Below are positions 39,410 to 49,939 of a DNA stretch of 64,000 nucleotides, in pieces. The notes beneath the pieces are model-generated. The model did not search any database, was not told the DNA's origin, and was given only the letters and a program-made list of their open reading frames with translations. A program made the translations under genes and the position numbers. Position 1 is the first letter of the stretch, and each line of letters begins with the position of its first letter. The DNA is from an uncultured Acidobacteriota bacterium (GTDB taxonomy: Bacteria; Acidobacteriota; Polarisedimenticolia; JACPZX01; DASXTC01). The stretch covers positions 180,030 through 244,029 of the forward strand of contig CAWDYA010000001.1 in assembly GCA_963806495.1 (NCBI GenBank). The letters are read 5' to 3'.

Positions 39410-40568
39410 GTGATGGCCAACCCGATCCTCCAGACCGCGGCGCTGATCGGCGCCGGCACGGTAGGAGCGATGGCCGCGCGTTCCATCAGGCTTCCGGCCG
39501 CCGCCGGATCCCTGATCGCCGCCGCGGCGTTCGTGTGGGGGCGGCATCTCGTGTCGCCCGACGCGGGCCGGCCCGACCTGACCTTCCTGCTGCTGATGCT
39601 GCTCGCCTTCATGGGACTCCTGGCGGGAGCCTGCGTCGACCTGAATCACCTTGTGCGGAACCACCGCGGGATCGTGACCGGATTCGTCTCGCGTGCCGTG
39701 CTGGTCTTCGGGACGGTCTGGCTGACCGGGATCGGTCTAGGGCTCGACTCGCGGTCGGCGGCCATCCTGGGTGCCGCGGCGACCGCGCTCTCGCCCGCCG
39801 CCGTGATCGCCGTCACCACGCAGGTCCGCTCGCGCGGTGATCTGACGCAGGATCTCCTGGCGACGGCTCCCTCGAGCCTGATGCTCGCGCTCCTGTCGGT
39901 GCTGCTCCTCGCCGCTCCGTCGCGGGCGCCGATCCTGCTGGGCGGGATCCTGATCGCAGGTGTCCTCGCCGGCCTGGTGATCGTCGTGCCACTGTCACGG
40001 ATGGCGCGGCGCGGCTCGATCCTGGCGGCCTCGGGTGGAGCCGCGGCGCTGCTCGCCGGCGTGTCGACGCATCTCGGCGCCTCGACCGGCTCGGTGATGC
40101 TGGCCTCGGCGCTGGCCGGCTTCATGGCCGGCAATCTGATACCCAATCGCGCGATCGTTCGTGATGCCTTGAGCGACGCCGGCACGCCGGCGGCAATCGT
40201 CCTGTTCGCGTTGGGCGCCTCAATCGTCGCGGTGCCCGAGCCCGCCACGTTGATCACGGCGTCGGTCCTGGTGGTGGGTGCACGGCTGGCGGGATTGCTG
40301 CTGCCGGGAATCCTGACAGGGCGCGGCGCTGCCGGGGTCGCGAGCGCGGCCGCGCGTCTGCCGATGCCGGGCATGCTGGCCGCATCCGCTCTGGCGATCG
40401 CTTCCGCCGGCTCGCGGTCCCCCCGATCCCCGGCTGCCCGCCGTCCTCCTCCTCGCGGGCCTCATCTCGGAGGCCGCCGGCATGGCCATGACCCGCCGGG
40501 CCCTCGTCACGTCGGGTGAGGCCGCGGTCCGGGACGACCCGGACGCCTGGCGCGCCTCGATGAGGTGA
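39410..40568 (+). CDS. Degenerate cation:proton antiporter (CPA)-like membrane protein; +1 frameshift near 40422
   Basis: IRLPAAAGSLI, ATALSPAAVIAVTTQVRSRGDLT, AGFMAGN, IVLFALGASI. The shifted frame ends LISEAAGMAMTRRALVTSGE. Confidence 0.6.
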
Positions 40569-40575
40569 CCCGGCG

Positions 40576-41679
40576 ATGACCGCGCTCCCCGTCACAGCCC
40601 TGGTCCTGACGGCGGCCGGCCTGTTGCTGTGCCGTCCCTGGCTCGAGGCCGACCGTTCCGTCGGGAGCATCCCGCTCGGTCTGGGGATCGCGATCGGCCT
40701 GTTCGCCGGGAGAGCACCCGGCGGCGAGGAGATCGCCGCCCTGCTCGACCCGCTGTTCGCCCTCTCGGCGGGATGGCTGGTGCTGGCCGCCGCCGAGTCG
40801 TGGGATCTGACCGGCCTGCGGTCGGGACGGCCCGGCCGCCTGGCGCTGGCGGCGTGCGTGCCCGCCATCGCCGCGCCGCTGGCCGCGCTGGCCGTGGGAC
40901 GCGTCGTCGCGGCCGCTCCTTTCATGCTTCTCACCTGCGCGGCACTGGCTCTCGACCCGCAGGCGGCGCGTGAGATGCTGGGCGCCTCCCGCCGTCCGGG
41001 ATCCGGGCTCCGATCGGCCCCTGCGCGGGCGGCGCTGCTGCTCGGCACGGCGATGCTGGCCTCCTCGGCCGCAGCGGGACTCGCCCACGCCGGCGCCGAC
41101 CTGTCGGTGCACCCGGCCGGGATCCTGGCCCTCCATGTCACCGGCTCGCTCGCTCTCGGCCTGGCCCTCGGTGTCGGGGCATGCGCCGCGACACGTCTCG
41201 CGGGCAACAGGGCGCTCATCACGTCCCTGCTGATCGTGGTGGCGCTGGGCGGATGGGGCATCTCGCGCGGCCTCGGGCTCTCGCCACCGGCGGTGCTCTT
41301 CGCGGCGGGTATCGTGCTGGCCAGCGACGGCTCGAAGCGCGATTTGGTCTTCACGTCGTTGCGCGAGATGGACCGTCCTTTCACGCTCGCGCTGATGGTC
41401 ATCGCGGGCATGCGTCTGTCGGGCACCATGACGGGCAGAGGGATCGGGGCCTTCTGGCTGCCGGCCGTGGTCTACGCCCTCGTCCTCCTGGCGGGGTGGC
41501 GGCTGGTCCCGGTGTCCGGCAGCGGCGGCCTGAGGAGGCTGCCACTGTCGCCTCTGGTGCTTCCGCTCGCCTTCCTCGGGATCGCCCCGGCCTGGCTCGG
41601 CGCCGCCGTCCTCGCGGCGTTCGTCCTCGGCGAGGCGGCCGCCTGGACGGCCGCCCGAAGTCACGGAGCGGACACGTGA
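40576..41679 (+). CDS. Second CPA-like polytopic membrane protein
   Basis: About 11-12 hydrophobic segments; LGLSPPAVLFAAGIVLAS, LREMDRPFTLALMVIAG, VLAAFVLGEA. Confidence 0.55.
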   Translation: MTALPVTALVLTAAGLLLCRPWLEADRSVGSIPLGLGIAIGLFAGRAPGGEEIAALLDPLFALSAGWLVLAAAESWDLTGLRSGRPGRLALAACVPAIAAPLAALAVGRVVAAAPFMLLTCAALALDPQAAREMLGASRRPGSGLRSAPARAALLLGTAMLASSAAAGLAHAGADLSVHPAGILALHVTGSLALGLALGVGACAATRLAGNRALITSLLIVVALGGWGISRGLGLSPPAVLFAAGIVLASDGSKRDLVFTSLREMDRPFTLALMVIAGMRLSGTMTGRGIGAFWLPAVVYALVLLAGWRLVPVSGSGGLRRLPLSPLVLPLAFLGIAPAWLGAAVLAAFVLGEAAAWTAARSHGADT

Positions 41680-42548
41680 CGGCGACACGCAGGAAACCCG
41701 GCGTCCTGCGGGAGCTCGTCGACCTCATCTTCACGACGCGGCTCACGGGCCTGGCCGCCGAGGTCACCTACTACGCCATGCTCAGCCTGTTCCCCGCACT
41801 GCTGATCGTGGCGGGCATGCTCGGCATGCTGGATGTTCTGATCGGTCGCGATCTCGCCGCGCAGTCCGAGCACGCGATCCTGGGATTTCTCCATCGCGCG
41901 CTGACCGACCGGGCGTCCAACGTCACCGACGCGGTCAGCGGGCTGTTCGGGGAAAGCAGTGGAGGTCTCGTCACCACGGCGGCGCTGATCGGCCTGTGGA
42001 CCCTGTCGAGCGGCTACGCCGCCGTGATCGAGGCGCTCGGGATCATCTACCGTGTCGAGGAGAAGCGCTCATGGATACGGATCCGCATCATTGCCGTCCT
42101 TCTGTCGCTGGCCGGTCTGATCAGCCTCGCGGTGCTGCTCATCACGATGGTGCTCGGGCCGCTGCTCGGAATAGGAAGCTGGGTGGTCGCCCGGGCGGGC
42201 CTCGCTTCCGTGTCGGCGTTCATGTGGAGATATCTTCGCGCGCCCTCAGCCTTCGCCCTTCTGGTGGCCTGGGCCACGACCGTGTATCACTTCTCACCGG
42301 TTCGCCGGACTCCCTGGCGGGACGACCTGCCCGGCGGTGTGCTCGCCGCGACGCTATGGCTGATCGTCTCGTGGGGGCTGGGCCTCTACCTTCGCGTCGG
42401 AATGACGGGCAACCAGGTCCTCGGGCTGCTCGGCGGTGGGCTGATCCTCATGCTGTGGCTCTACATGATCTGCTTCGTGCTGCTGCTCGGCGGCGCGCTC
42501 AATGCCGTCCTGCTCCGCAGAAGATCGTCTCGCCGCAACGCCGGCTGA
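41676..42548 (+). CDS. YihY/virulence factor BrkB family membrane protein
   Basis: AAEVTYYAMLSLFPALL, LWTLSSG, LPGGVLAATLW, LMLWLY...LLGGALNA. Confidence 0.92.
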   Translation: MTATRRKPGVLRELVDLIFTTRLTGLAAEVTYYAMLSLFPALLIVAGMLGMLDVLIGRDLAAQSEHAILGFLHRALTDRASNVTDAVSGLFGESSGGLVTTAALIGLWTLSSGYAAVIEALGIIYRVEEKRSWIRIRIIAVLLSLAGLISLAVLLITMVLGPLLGIGSWVVARAGLASVSAFMWRYLRAPSAFALLVAWATTVYHFSPVRRTPWRDDLPGGVLAATLWLIVSWGLGLYLRVGMTGNQVLGLLGGGLILMLWLYMICFVLLLGGALNAVLLRRRSSRRNAG

Positions 42549-42606
42549 CGCCCGGGGCGGCGCGCAACGCCGACCCGAGGGAGGGTCGCGTTCGACGGGC
42601 CGTCAG
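42545..42606. repeat. Stem-loop between convergent genes, sharing a 27 nt core with the element at 12.7 kb
   Basis: Outer stem CTGACGCCCG / CGGGCCGTCAG, inner stem CGACCC / GGGTCG; core GGGCGGCGCGCAACsCCGACCCGAGGG. Confidence 0.55.
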
Positions 42607-42620
42607 GGGTGTGAAGCGGC

Positions 42621-43085
42621 TCAGTGCCGGGGGTGATTTTCGCCGCGCATGATGGCGAGCGCCTCGCCCGGATCCTTCGCCGCGCGGATAGCGTCGACCA
42701 CACCCGGCGTCTTCACCAGGTAGGCGATCCTCGCGAGCAGGTCGACGTGCTGCCGGGTGGAGTCGGGCGGGCCGAGCAGCAGGAACACCAGGTAGACCGG
42801 CTTGGCGTCGATCGACTTGAAGTCGACCCCCTCGTCGACGCGCCCCATGGCCACGACCATCTTCCGGCACTTCTCGGTCTTGGCATGGGGGACCGCGACA
42901 CCGCCTCCCATGCCGGTCGACATGGTGCGCTCCCGTTCGAGCAGACGCTTGAGGGCATCATCGGGATCGGCGATCGCCCCCTTGGCCGCGGCCAGGTCGA
43001 CCATGGTCTTGAGGCAATCCTGCAGGTCCCTCGGGTGGAGGTCGAGGAAAACAAGGTCTTCGCGGAGATGATCCAGCAGTGTCAT
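42621..43085 (-). CDS. Stand-alone PTS enzyme IIA (Ntr/fructose-type)
   Basis: LLERERTMSTGMGGGVAVPHAK (phospho-His), GVDFKSIDAKPV, HVDLLARIA. Confidence 0.9.
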   Translation of the reverse strand: MTLLDHLREDLVFLDLHPRDLQDCLKTMVDLAAAKGAIADPDDALKRLLERERTMSTGMGGGVAVPHAKTEKCRKMVVAMGRVDEGVDFKSIDAKPVYLVFLLLGPPDSTRQHVDLLARIAYLVKTPGVVDAIRAAKDPGEALAIMRGENHPRH

Positions 43086-43108
43086 GGGGCCTTCCCGGGA
43101 AAGGGCGA

Positions 43109-44596
43109 TTATAGCAGGAGATCCCGCACGAACTCCATGATCCTGCCCGGGAACACACCCAGGTAGAAGACCCCGATGAGGCTCACCGCGATCCCGAGTC
43201 CGAGCGGGACCGGAGTCCGCACCGCGGGGGGTTCGGAGACCGGCTCCTTCATATAGATCGTCAGGACAACATTGAGGTAATAGGCCGCTGCCAGGGCGCT
43301 GTTGAGCAGTCCCACGATGGCCAGCCCGTACAGGCTCGAATCCATCGCCGCCTTGAAGATGAAGAACTTGCCCAGGAACCCGCCGGTGAGCGGCACGCCG
43401 GTCAGCGACAGCATGAAGACGGCCATCGAGGCCGCCAGGACCGGGTGGCGCCGTCCGAGCCCGGCGTAGGAGGCGATCATGTCTCCCCCGCCCCCGCCGC
43501 CGCGCGCACGGTCGATGGCCACGACCACGGCGAAGGCGCCGAGGTTCATGAACATGTACGCCACGAGATAGAAGACGATGCTCGACAGCCCGTCGTCCAA
43601 TCGGGCCACCAGCGCGATCATCAGGTAGCCGGCGTGGGCGATCGCCGAGTAGGCGAGCATGCGCTTGATGTTGGACTGCACGAGCGCCACGGTGTTGCCG
43701 GCCGTCATGGTGAGCGCGGCGATCACGGTCAGCAGCTTCACCCAGTCGCCCGTGAAAGGCCCATCCCAGAACAGCGGGGCGGTGACGACCCGGAGCATCG
43801 CCGCGAAGGCCGCCGCCTTGGTGCCCGCGATCATGAACGCGGTGACCGTCGTGGGAGCCCCCTGGTAGACATCGGGCAGCCAGTAGTGGAACGGGAAGGC
43901 GGCGATCTTGAACAGGAAGCCGATGATCGTCAGGCCGAAGCCGAGAAGCAGCGTCACCGAGCCGTGCGGGCCCACCGAGGGCGCCAGCCCCGCCATCCGC
44001 GACAGATCCAGCGTGCCGGTGGAGGCGTACATCAGCGCCATCCCGTAGATGATGAACCCGGTGGAGAAGGCGCCCAGCAGGAAGTACTTCATGGAGGCCT
44101 CGAGCGGCCGGTCCTGCCACCGGGCAAACCCGGACAGGATGTAAAGCGGCAGCGAGAGAATCTCGAGCCCGAGAAAGATCATCAGCAGGTTGCTCGAGGA
44201 TGCCATCAGCATCATGCCGAGGGTGGCGAACAGGACGAGGCACGAGTACTCGCCGTCCTCGCTCTTCCTCTCCCGCCAGTCGTCCTCCATCATCGGCAGC
44301 GCCAGCAGCAACGCGAGCGCGGCGGTGGCCAGGAAGATCATCTGGAAGCAGAGGGTGAAATGATCCACCGTCACCATTCCGCCGAGCGCACGGGTCGATG
44401 ACCCTGCGACGTCCCACAGCCTCGTGACGGCGATGGCCGGCGGCACCAGCACGGCGAGAGCGGCGTACCCGGTGAGCCGGCGCACCACGGCCGGTCCGAC
44501 CGCCATCAGCGTCACCAGGATGCCGCCGCACGCCAGCAGGACGAACGGCGCGATCAGGTTCCACTCGATCGGGGGCATGGTGATGGTCGGCATCAT
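43109..44596 (-). CDS. nuoN: NADH:quinone oxidoreductase subunit N
   Basis: FLGLEILSLPLY, EASMKYFLLG, FKIAAFPFHYWLPDVYQGAP, KRMLAYSAIAHAGY. Confidence 0.95.
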   Translation of the reverse strand: MMPTITMPPIEWNLIAPFVLLACGGILVTLMAVGPAVVRRLTGYAALAVLVPPAIAVTRLWDVAGSSTRALGGMVTVDHFTLCFQMIFLATAALALLLALPMMEDDWRERKSEDGEYSCLVLFATLGMMLMASSSNLLMIFLGLEILSLPLYILSGFARWQDRPLEASMKYFLLGAFSTGFIIYGMALMYASTGTLDLSRMAGLAPSVGPHGSVTLLLGFGLTIIGFLFKIAAFPFHYWLPDVYQGAPTTVTAFMIAGTKAAAFAAMLRVVTAPLFWDGPFTGDWVKLLTVIAALTMTAGNTVALVQSNIKRMLAYSAIAHAGYLMIALVARLDDGLSSIVFYLVAYMFMNLGAFAVVVAIDRARGGGGGGDMIASYAGLGRRHPVLAASMAVFMLSLTGVPLTGGFLGKFFIFKAAMDSSLYGLAIVGLLNSALAAAYYLNVVLTIYMKEPVSEPPAVRTPVPLGLGIAVSLIGVFYLGVFPGRIMEFVRDLLL

Positions 44597-46509
44597 CCCA
44601 CCAGGTACCAGATGACGCACGCCGCACCCACCAGATAGAACAGCGCGTAGCTGCGCACGAAACCGGAGTGGAAAAGCTTGAGAACGTGGCCCGAGGTTTC
44701 CATCACGGTCGCCACGCCGTTGACGGTGCCGTCCACCGCTCCCGCGTCGAAGCGCGAGGAGAGGCGGCAGAGCCGGTAGTACGGCTGGAGGATCACGTGG
44801 TCGTAGAACTCGTCGACGTACAGCTTGCCCTTGACGAACCGGTACAGACCCGCGAAGCCGGCGGCCATCCTGTCGGGCAGGTCGGGCTTCGTGACCCAGA
44901 GGTAGTAGCCGGTCCCGATGCCGCCCAGCGCGACCAGCGACGAGACCGCCATCAGGATCCACTCCAGCCCGAGCGAGCCGGCGCCCCCTTCGTGGCCGAG
45001 ACCCATCACCGACTCCGGCGCCTCGAAGACGGGCGCCAGCCAGTGGGCGAACGGCCCCGGCCCGCCCATGGCGGCCGGAAGCCCCATGAAACCACCCACC
45101 AGCGAGAGCACGGCCAGGACGACCAGCGCCACCATCATGGTCGCAGGCGCCTCGTGGATGTGATGCGCCTTGTCCGCGTCGACGCGCGACTTGCCGAAGA
45201 AGGTGAGGGCCATCAGCCGCGTCATGTAGATGGCCGTCATCACCGCCCCGATGATCCCGGCGAGCCACAGCCCCGGGTTGTGAAGGTACGTGGAGTACAG
45301 GATCTCGTCCTTGCTGAAGAACCCGGCCGTCAGAGGCACGCCCGAGATCGCGACCCAGCCCGCGGCGAAGCAGAGGAAGGTGCGCGGCAGGCGCCGGCGC
45401 AGTCCGCCCATCTTCTGCATGTCCTGCTCGCCGTGCAGCGCGTGTATCACCGCGCCCGACCCGAGGAACAGCAGGGCCTTGAAGAACGCGTGCGTGGTCA
45501 GGTGGAAGATCGCCGAGCCGAACGCCCCCACGCCCGCGCCGAGGAACATGTAGCCGAGCTGCGAGATGGTGGAGTAGGCGAGCACCTTCTTGATGTCGTC
45601 CTGCGCCATGGCGATCACCGCGGCCAGAAGCGCCGTGGCGGCGCCGATCACCGCCACCACCGCCAGCGCGTCGGGCGCCAGCACGTACAGCGGGGACATG
45701 CGGCAGACCATGTAGACGCCGGCGGTGACCATGGTGGCGGCGTGGATGAGGGCGGAGACCGGCGTCGGCCCCGCCATCGCGTCGGGCAGCCAGATGTAAA
45801 GCGGGATCTGCGCCGATTTGCCGCACGCGCCGCCGAACAGCAGCAGCGCGATGGCGGTCACGGTCATCGGCGAGGCGGCGGCCACCCCGGGGGCGCGCTC
45901 CAGGATCGTCGCGATGTCGAAGGTGCCGCCGAAGGTCATCCAGGCCAGCAGCATCCCCAGGATGAACGAGGCGTCGCCGATCCGGTTCACGATGAACGCC
46001 TTGCGGCCCGCGTCCGCGCAGTCGACCTTGGTGTAGAAGAAGCCGATCAGCAGGTAGGAGCAGAGCCCCACTCCCTCCCATCCCACGAACAGCATCGGCA
46101 GCGAGGAGCCGAGGACCAGCGTCAGCATCATCGCCATGAACAGGTTGAGATAGCAGAAGTAGCGCCAGTATCCCGGGTCGTCCCACATGTAGCCGATCGA
46201 GTAGATGTGGATGAGCAGGCCGACGCCGGTCACCACCAGGATCATCACGGCGGAGAGCGGGTCGAGCAGGAACGACCAGCTCAGCCCCAGCGGGGCGATC
46301 CAGGTGGCCACCACGTTCAGGTAGGCGCGGTGGTGCTCGGGCATCGCCGCGAGCTGGTTGAAGCAGGCCAGCGACAGCAGGAACGACAGCGCCACCGTGC
46401 CGCAGCCGATGAGCGAGACGACGCCCCTGGGCAGGCGCGCGCCGAGCAGGCCGTTGAGCACAAAGCCGGCCAGCGGCAGCAGGGGAATGAGCCACAGCAG
46501 ATCGAGCAT
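44593..46509 (-). CDS. nuoL: NADH:quinone oxidoreductase subunit L
   Basis: GWEGVGLCSYLLIGF, GKSAQIPL..WLPDAMAGPTPVSALIHAATMVTAG, HAFFKALLFL, C-terminal HL helix. Confidence 0.97.
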   Translation of the reverse strand: MLDLLWLIPLLPLAGFVLNGLLGARLPRGVVSLIGCGTVALSFLLSLACFNQLAAMPEHHRAYLNVVATWIAPLGLSWSFLLDPLSAVMILVVTGVGLLIHIYSIGYMWDDPGYWRYFCYLNLFMAMMLTLVLGSSLPMLFVGWEGVGLCSYLLIGFFYTKVDCADAGRKAFIVNRIGDASFILGMLLAWMTFGGTFDIATILERAPGVAAASPMTVTAIALLLFGGACGKSAQIPLYIWLPDAMAGPTPVSALIHAATMVTAGVYMVCRMSPLYVLAPDALAVVAVIGAATALLAAVIAMAQDDIKKVLAYSTISQLGYMFLGAGVGAFGSAIFHLTTHAFFKALLFLGSGAVIHALHGEQDMQKMGGLRRRLPRTFLCFAAGWVAISGVPLTAGFFSKDEILYSTYLHNPGLWLAGIIGAVMTAIYMTRLMALTFFGKSRVDADKAHHIHEAPATMMVALVVLAVLSLVGGFMGLPAAMGGPGPFAHWLAPVFEAPESVMGLGHEGGAGSLGLEWILMAVSSLVALGGIGTGYYLWVTKPDLPDRMAAGFAGLYRFVKGKLYVDEFYDHVILQPYYRLCRLSSRFDAGAVDGTVNGVATVMETSGHVLKLFHSGFVRSYALFYLVGAACVIWYLVG

Positions 46510-46525
46510 CAGGTCGACTCCATCC

Positions 46526-46824
46526 CTACCATTTCATGATGCTGGCCTGATCCACGTCGGTCGTGCGGCGCCGGCGGAACAGGGCGATGATGATCGCGAG
46601 ACCCACCGCGGCCTCGGAGGCGGCCACGGTCATGACGAAGAAGGCGAACACCTGGCCGTCCATCGAGCCGAGACTGCGGGCCGCGCCGACGAATGCCAGA
46701 TTGGCCGCGTTGAGCATCAGCTCGATGCTCATGAAGATCACGAGCGCGCTGCGACGGATCAGGACCCCGATGATGCCCATCACGAAAAGGACCGCGCTGA
46801 CGATGAGGACGCTTCCGATCGGTA

Positions 46825-46828
<4 letters not shown>
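46526..46828 (-). CDS. nuoK: NADH:quinone oxidoreductase subunit K
   Basis: [35 protein letters not shown]. Confidence 0.97.
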
Positions 46829-47327
<499 letters not shown>

Positions 47328-47331
<4 letters not shown>

Positions 47332-48374
47332 AGCCATCCCCACAGGACCAGCGCCGCGGTCCACACCACGTTCAACAGCGCCAGCGGCAGCATCACCTTC
47401 CACCCCAGGCTCATGAGCTGGTCGTACCGGAAGCGCGGCAGCGTCCAGCGCACCCAGATGTAGAAGAACAGGAAGAACGACAGCTTGGCGAAGAAGATCC
47501 CCAGATGGATGAGCCCCGCCACGGCAGCCCCCGTCGAGGCGATCCACCCCTCGACGAACGGCAGGTGCCATCCCCCGAAGAACAGCAGCACCATCAGGCT
47601 GCTCGCCAGGATGATGTGGGCGTACTCGGCCATGTAGAACATGAGGAACTTCATCGAGGAGTACTCGGTGTGATATCCGGCCACCAGCTCCGGCTCGGCC
47701 TCCGGCAGGTCGAACGGCAGCCGGTTGGTCTCGGCGAAGGCGGCGGTCATGAACACCAGAAAGCCGATCGGCTGGCTGATGACGTTCCAGACCGAGCCGG
47801 CCTGGGCGTTGACGATGTCCGCCAGGCGGACCGAGCCCGCCGCCATCAGGACGCCGACCACGCTGAGCGTCATCGCCAGCTCGTAGGAGATCATCTGCGC
47901 CGAGGAGCGCAACCCTCCCATCAGCGAGTACTTGTTGGCTGACGACCAGCCGGCGAGGACGACCCCGTACACGCCCAGCGAGGAGACGGCGAACACCCAC
48001 AGCAGGCCGATGTCCAGGTCCGCGATGATCGGCTTGACGACGTGACCCGAAATGTCGAGTTGGCCCGCGAACGGGATGACCGCGAAGGTCGTGAGCGCCG
48101 CGGTGAACGACACGGCCGGCGCGAGGATGAACAACGGCATGTACGCCTCGGCCGGGACGATCTCCTCCTTGAAGATGAACTTGATCCCGTCGGCCACCGG
48201 CTGCAGCAGCCCCCACGGGCCGGCCCGGTTGGGCCCGACCCGGTCCTGGATCCAGCCGGCCACCTTTCGCTCGCCCAGCACCATCGCGCTCACCAGCGTC
48301 ATCACGACACCGAGGATGACGGCGATCTTGACCAGCGTGCCGACGATGCCCGGACCCAGCAGCATCTCGATCAT
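47328..48374 (-). CDS. nuoH: NADH:quinone oxidoreductase subunit H
   Basis: ERKVAGWIQDRVGPNRAGPWGLLQPVADGIK, AETNRLPFDLPEAE, PRFRYDQL. Confidence 0.97.
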
Positions 48375-49939
48375 ACGGGTACACCCTGTCTGGACAGCCG
48401 TCTCGGCGTGACGTCGTTCATCCGCGGCACGGTCGAGGCGACCTCCTTCAGCACATCTTCCCAGGAGCCGTACGATGTCTGGTGTCCCATCAGCCGCATC
48501 AGCTCCGCGGCGGCACGCCACCCCTCGAGCGCCACGCCCGGCGGCGTGAGCGCGCGCCGCACCCGCTGGGCCCGCCCCTGGAAGTTCACCCAGGTGCCGT
48601 CCACCTCGCCATAGGCGGCGGACGGCAGCACCAGGTCCGCGATGCGCGCGATGCCGTCCGTGAACGGGGTGAACGCGGCGATGAACGCGCTCTCGCGCGC
48701 GGCGGTGAGCGTCTCGAGGTGCTGCGCCGCCAGACCCGCACCGAACAGCAGGATGACGTCGACCTTGCCGGCCCGCGCCCGGTCGAGCATCGCTGTGAGG
48801 CGCCGGTTGCCTTCGTCGACCTCCAGTCCGAGGAGCCGCGCCCCCTCGGCGTTGGGGGTCTTGTCGGCCCGTATCAGGATCGCGTCGTCCTCGCCGCGCC
48901 GGCTCTCCGGCACGATGATCTCGCCGCCGCCGATCGCCTCGGCGAACAGGCGCTTGATGACGTGCAGATCCTCGACGGTCCGCGAGGCCGAGGCGACAGC
49001 CACGGTGGCATCGGCGCGTGCCTCCTTCAGCTTGCCGGCCAGAAGCGCCAGCGCCTCGGGCCAGTCGATCGCCTCCGTCCCGCCGTCCTTCCGCACGAGA
49101 GCCCCGTGCAGCCGCGGCCGCTCGTACAGCTCCTGGTAGGACAGCCGCCCCTCGTCGCACATCCACCATTTGTTCACGTCGAGGTTCTCCCGCGGCGTCA
49201 GGCGCCATATGCGGTTCTCGGCGGTGCCGAGGTGCACGTTGCAGCCGCGCGCGCACGAACCGCACACCGAGTCGACGTCCTTCAGCGCCCAGACCCGCTT
49301 GCGGAAGCGGAACTCCTTGAGCGTGAGCGCGCCCACGGGGCAGATGTCCACCGTGTTGCCCGAGTAGGCGTTGTCGAGCTGCCCGCCGGGAAACGCGCTG
49401 ATGTAGGAGCGCACCCCGCGCTGGAACACGCCCAGCTCGCCCGTGCCGGTCACCTCGTTGCAGAACCGGACGCAGCGCGTGCAGACGATGCACCGCTCGG
49501 TATCGAGCATCACGTGCGGCCCGATCGGCTCGTGCTTGAACCCCTTCACCCGCTCTTCTTCGAAGCGCTGCGCGCCCTGGCCGTGCTGGAAGGAGTATTC
49601 CTGGAGCCGGCACTCCCCCGCCTGGTCGCAGATCGGGCAGTCGAGCGGATGGTTCGCCAGCAGGAACTCCATCACGGCCCGGCGCCCGTCGAGGACCTTC
49701 TCGCTGCCGGTGGAGACAACCATGCCGTCCGCCGCCAGCGTCGTGCAGGATGTGGTCAGCTTGGGGAACTTCTCGATGTCGACCACGCAGATGCGGCAGT
49801 TGCCCGCGATCGTCAGCCCCGGGTGATAGCAGTACCGCGGGATGTCGATGCCGAGGCGCTCGGCCGCCTGCAGGACGGACGTCCCCTTCGGCACCTCGAT
49901 CTCCCTGCCGTCGATGGTCAGCTTGACGGTTTCGCTCAT
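48371..49939 (-). CDS. nuoG: NADH:quinone oxidoreductase subunit G (short, 522 aa)
   Basis: CYHPGL...NCRICVV, HPLDCPICDQAGEC, CIVCTRC, DICPVGAL, CGSCARGC...MCDEGR. Confidence 0.93.
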   Translation of the reverse strand: MSETVKLTIDGREIEVPKGTSVLQAAERLGIDIPRYCYHPGLTIAGNCRICVVDIEKFPKLTTSCTTLAADGMVVSTGSEKVLDGRRAVMEFLLANHPLDCPICDQAGECRLQEYSFQHGQGAQRFEEERVKGFKHEPIGPHVMLDTERCIVCTRCVRFCNEVTGTGELGVFQRGVRSYISAFPGGQLDNAYSGNTVDICPVGALTLKEFRFRKRVWALKDVDSVCGSCARGCNVHLGTAENRIWRLTPRENLDVNKWWMCDEGRLSYQELYERPRLHGALVRKDGGTEAIDWPEALALLAGKLKEARADATVAVASASRTVEDLHVIKRLFAEAIGGGEIIVPESRRGEDDAILIRADKTPNAEGARLLGLEVDEGNRRLTAMLDRARAGKVDVILLFGAGLAAQHLETLTAARESAFIAAFTPFTDGIARIADLVLPSAAYGEVDGTWVNFQGRAQRVRRALTPPGVALEGWRAAAELMRLMGHQTSYGSWEDVLKEVASTVPRMNDVTPRRLSRQGVPV

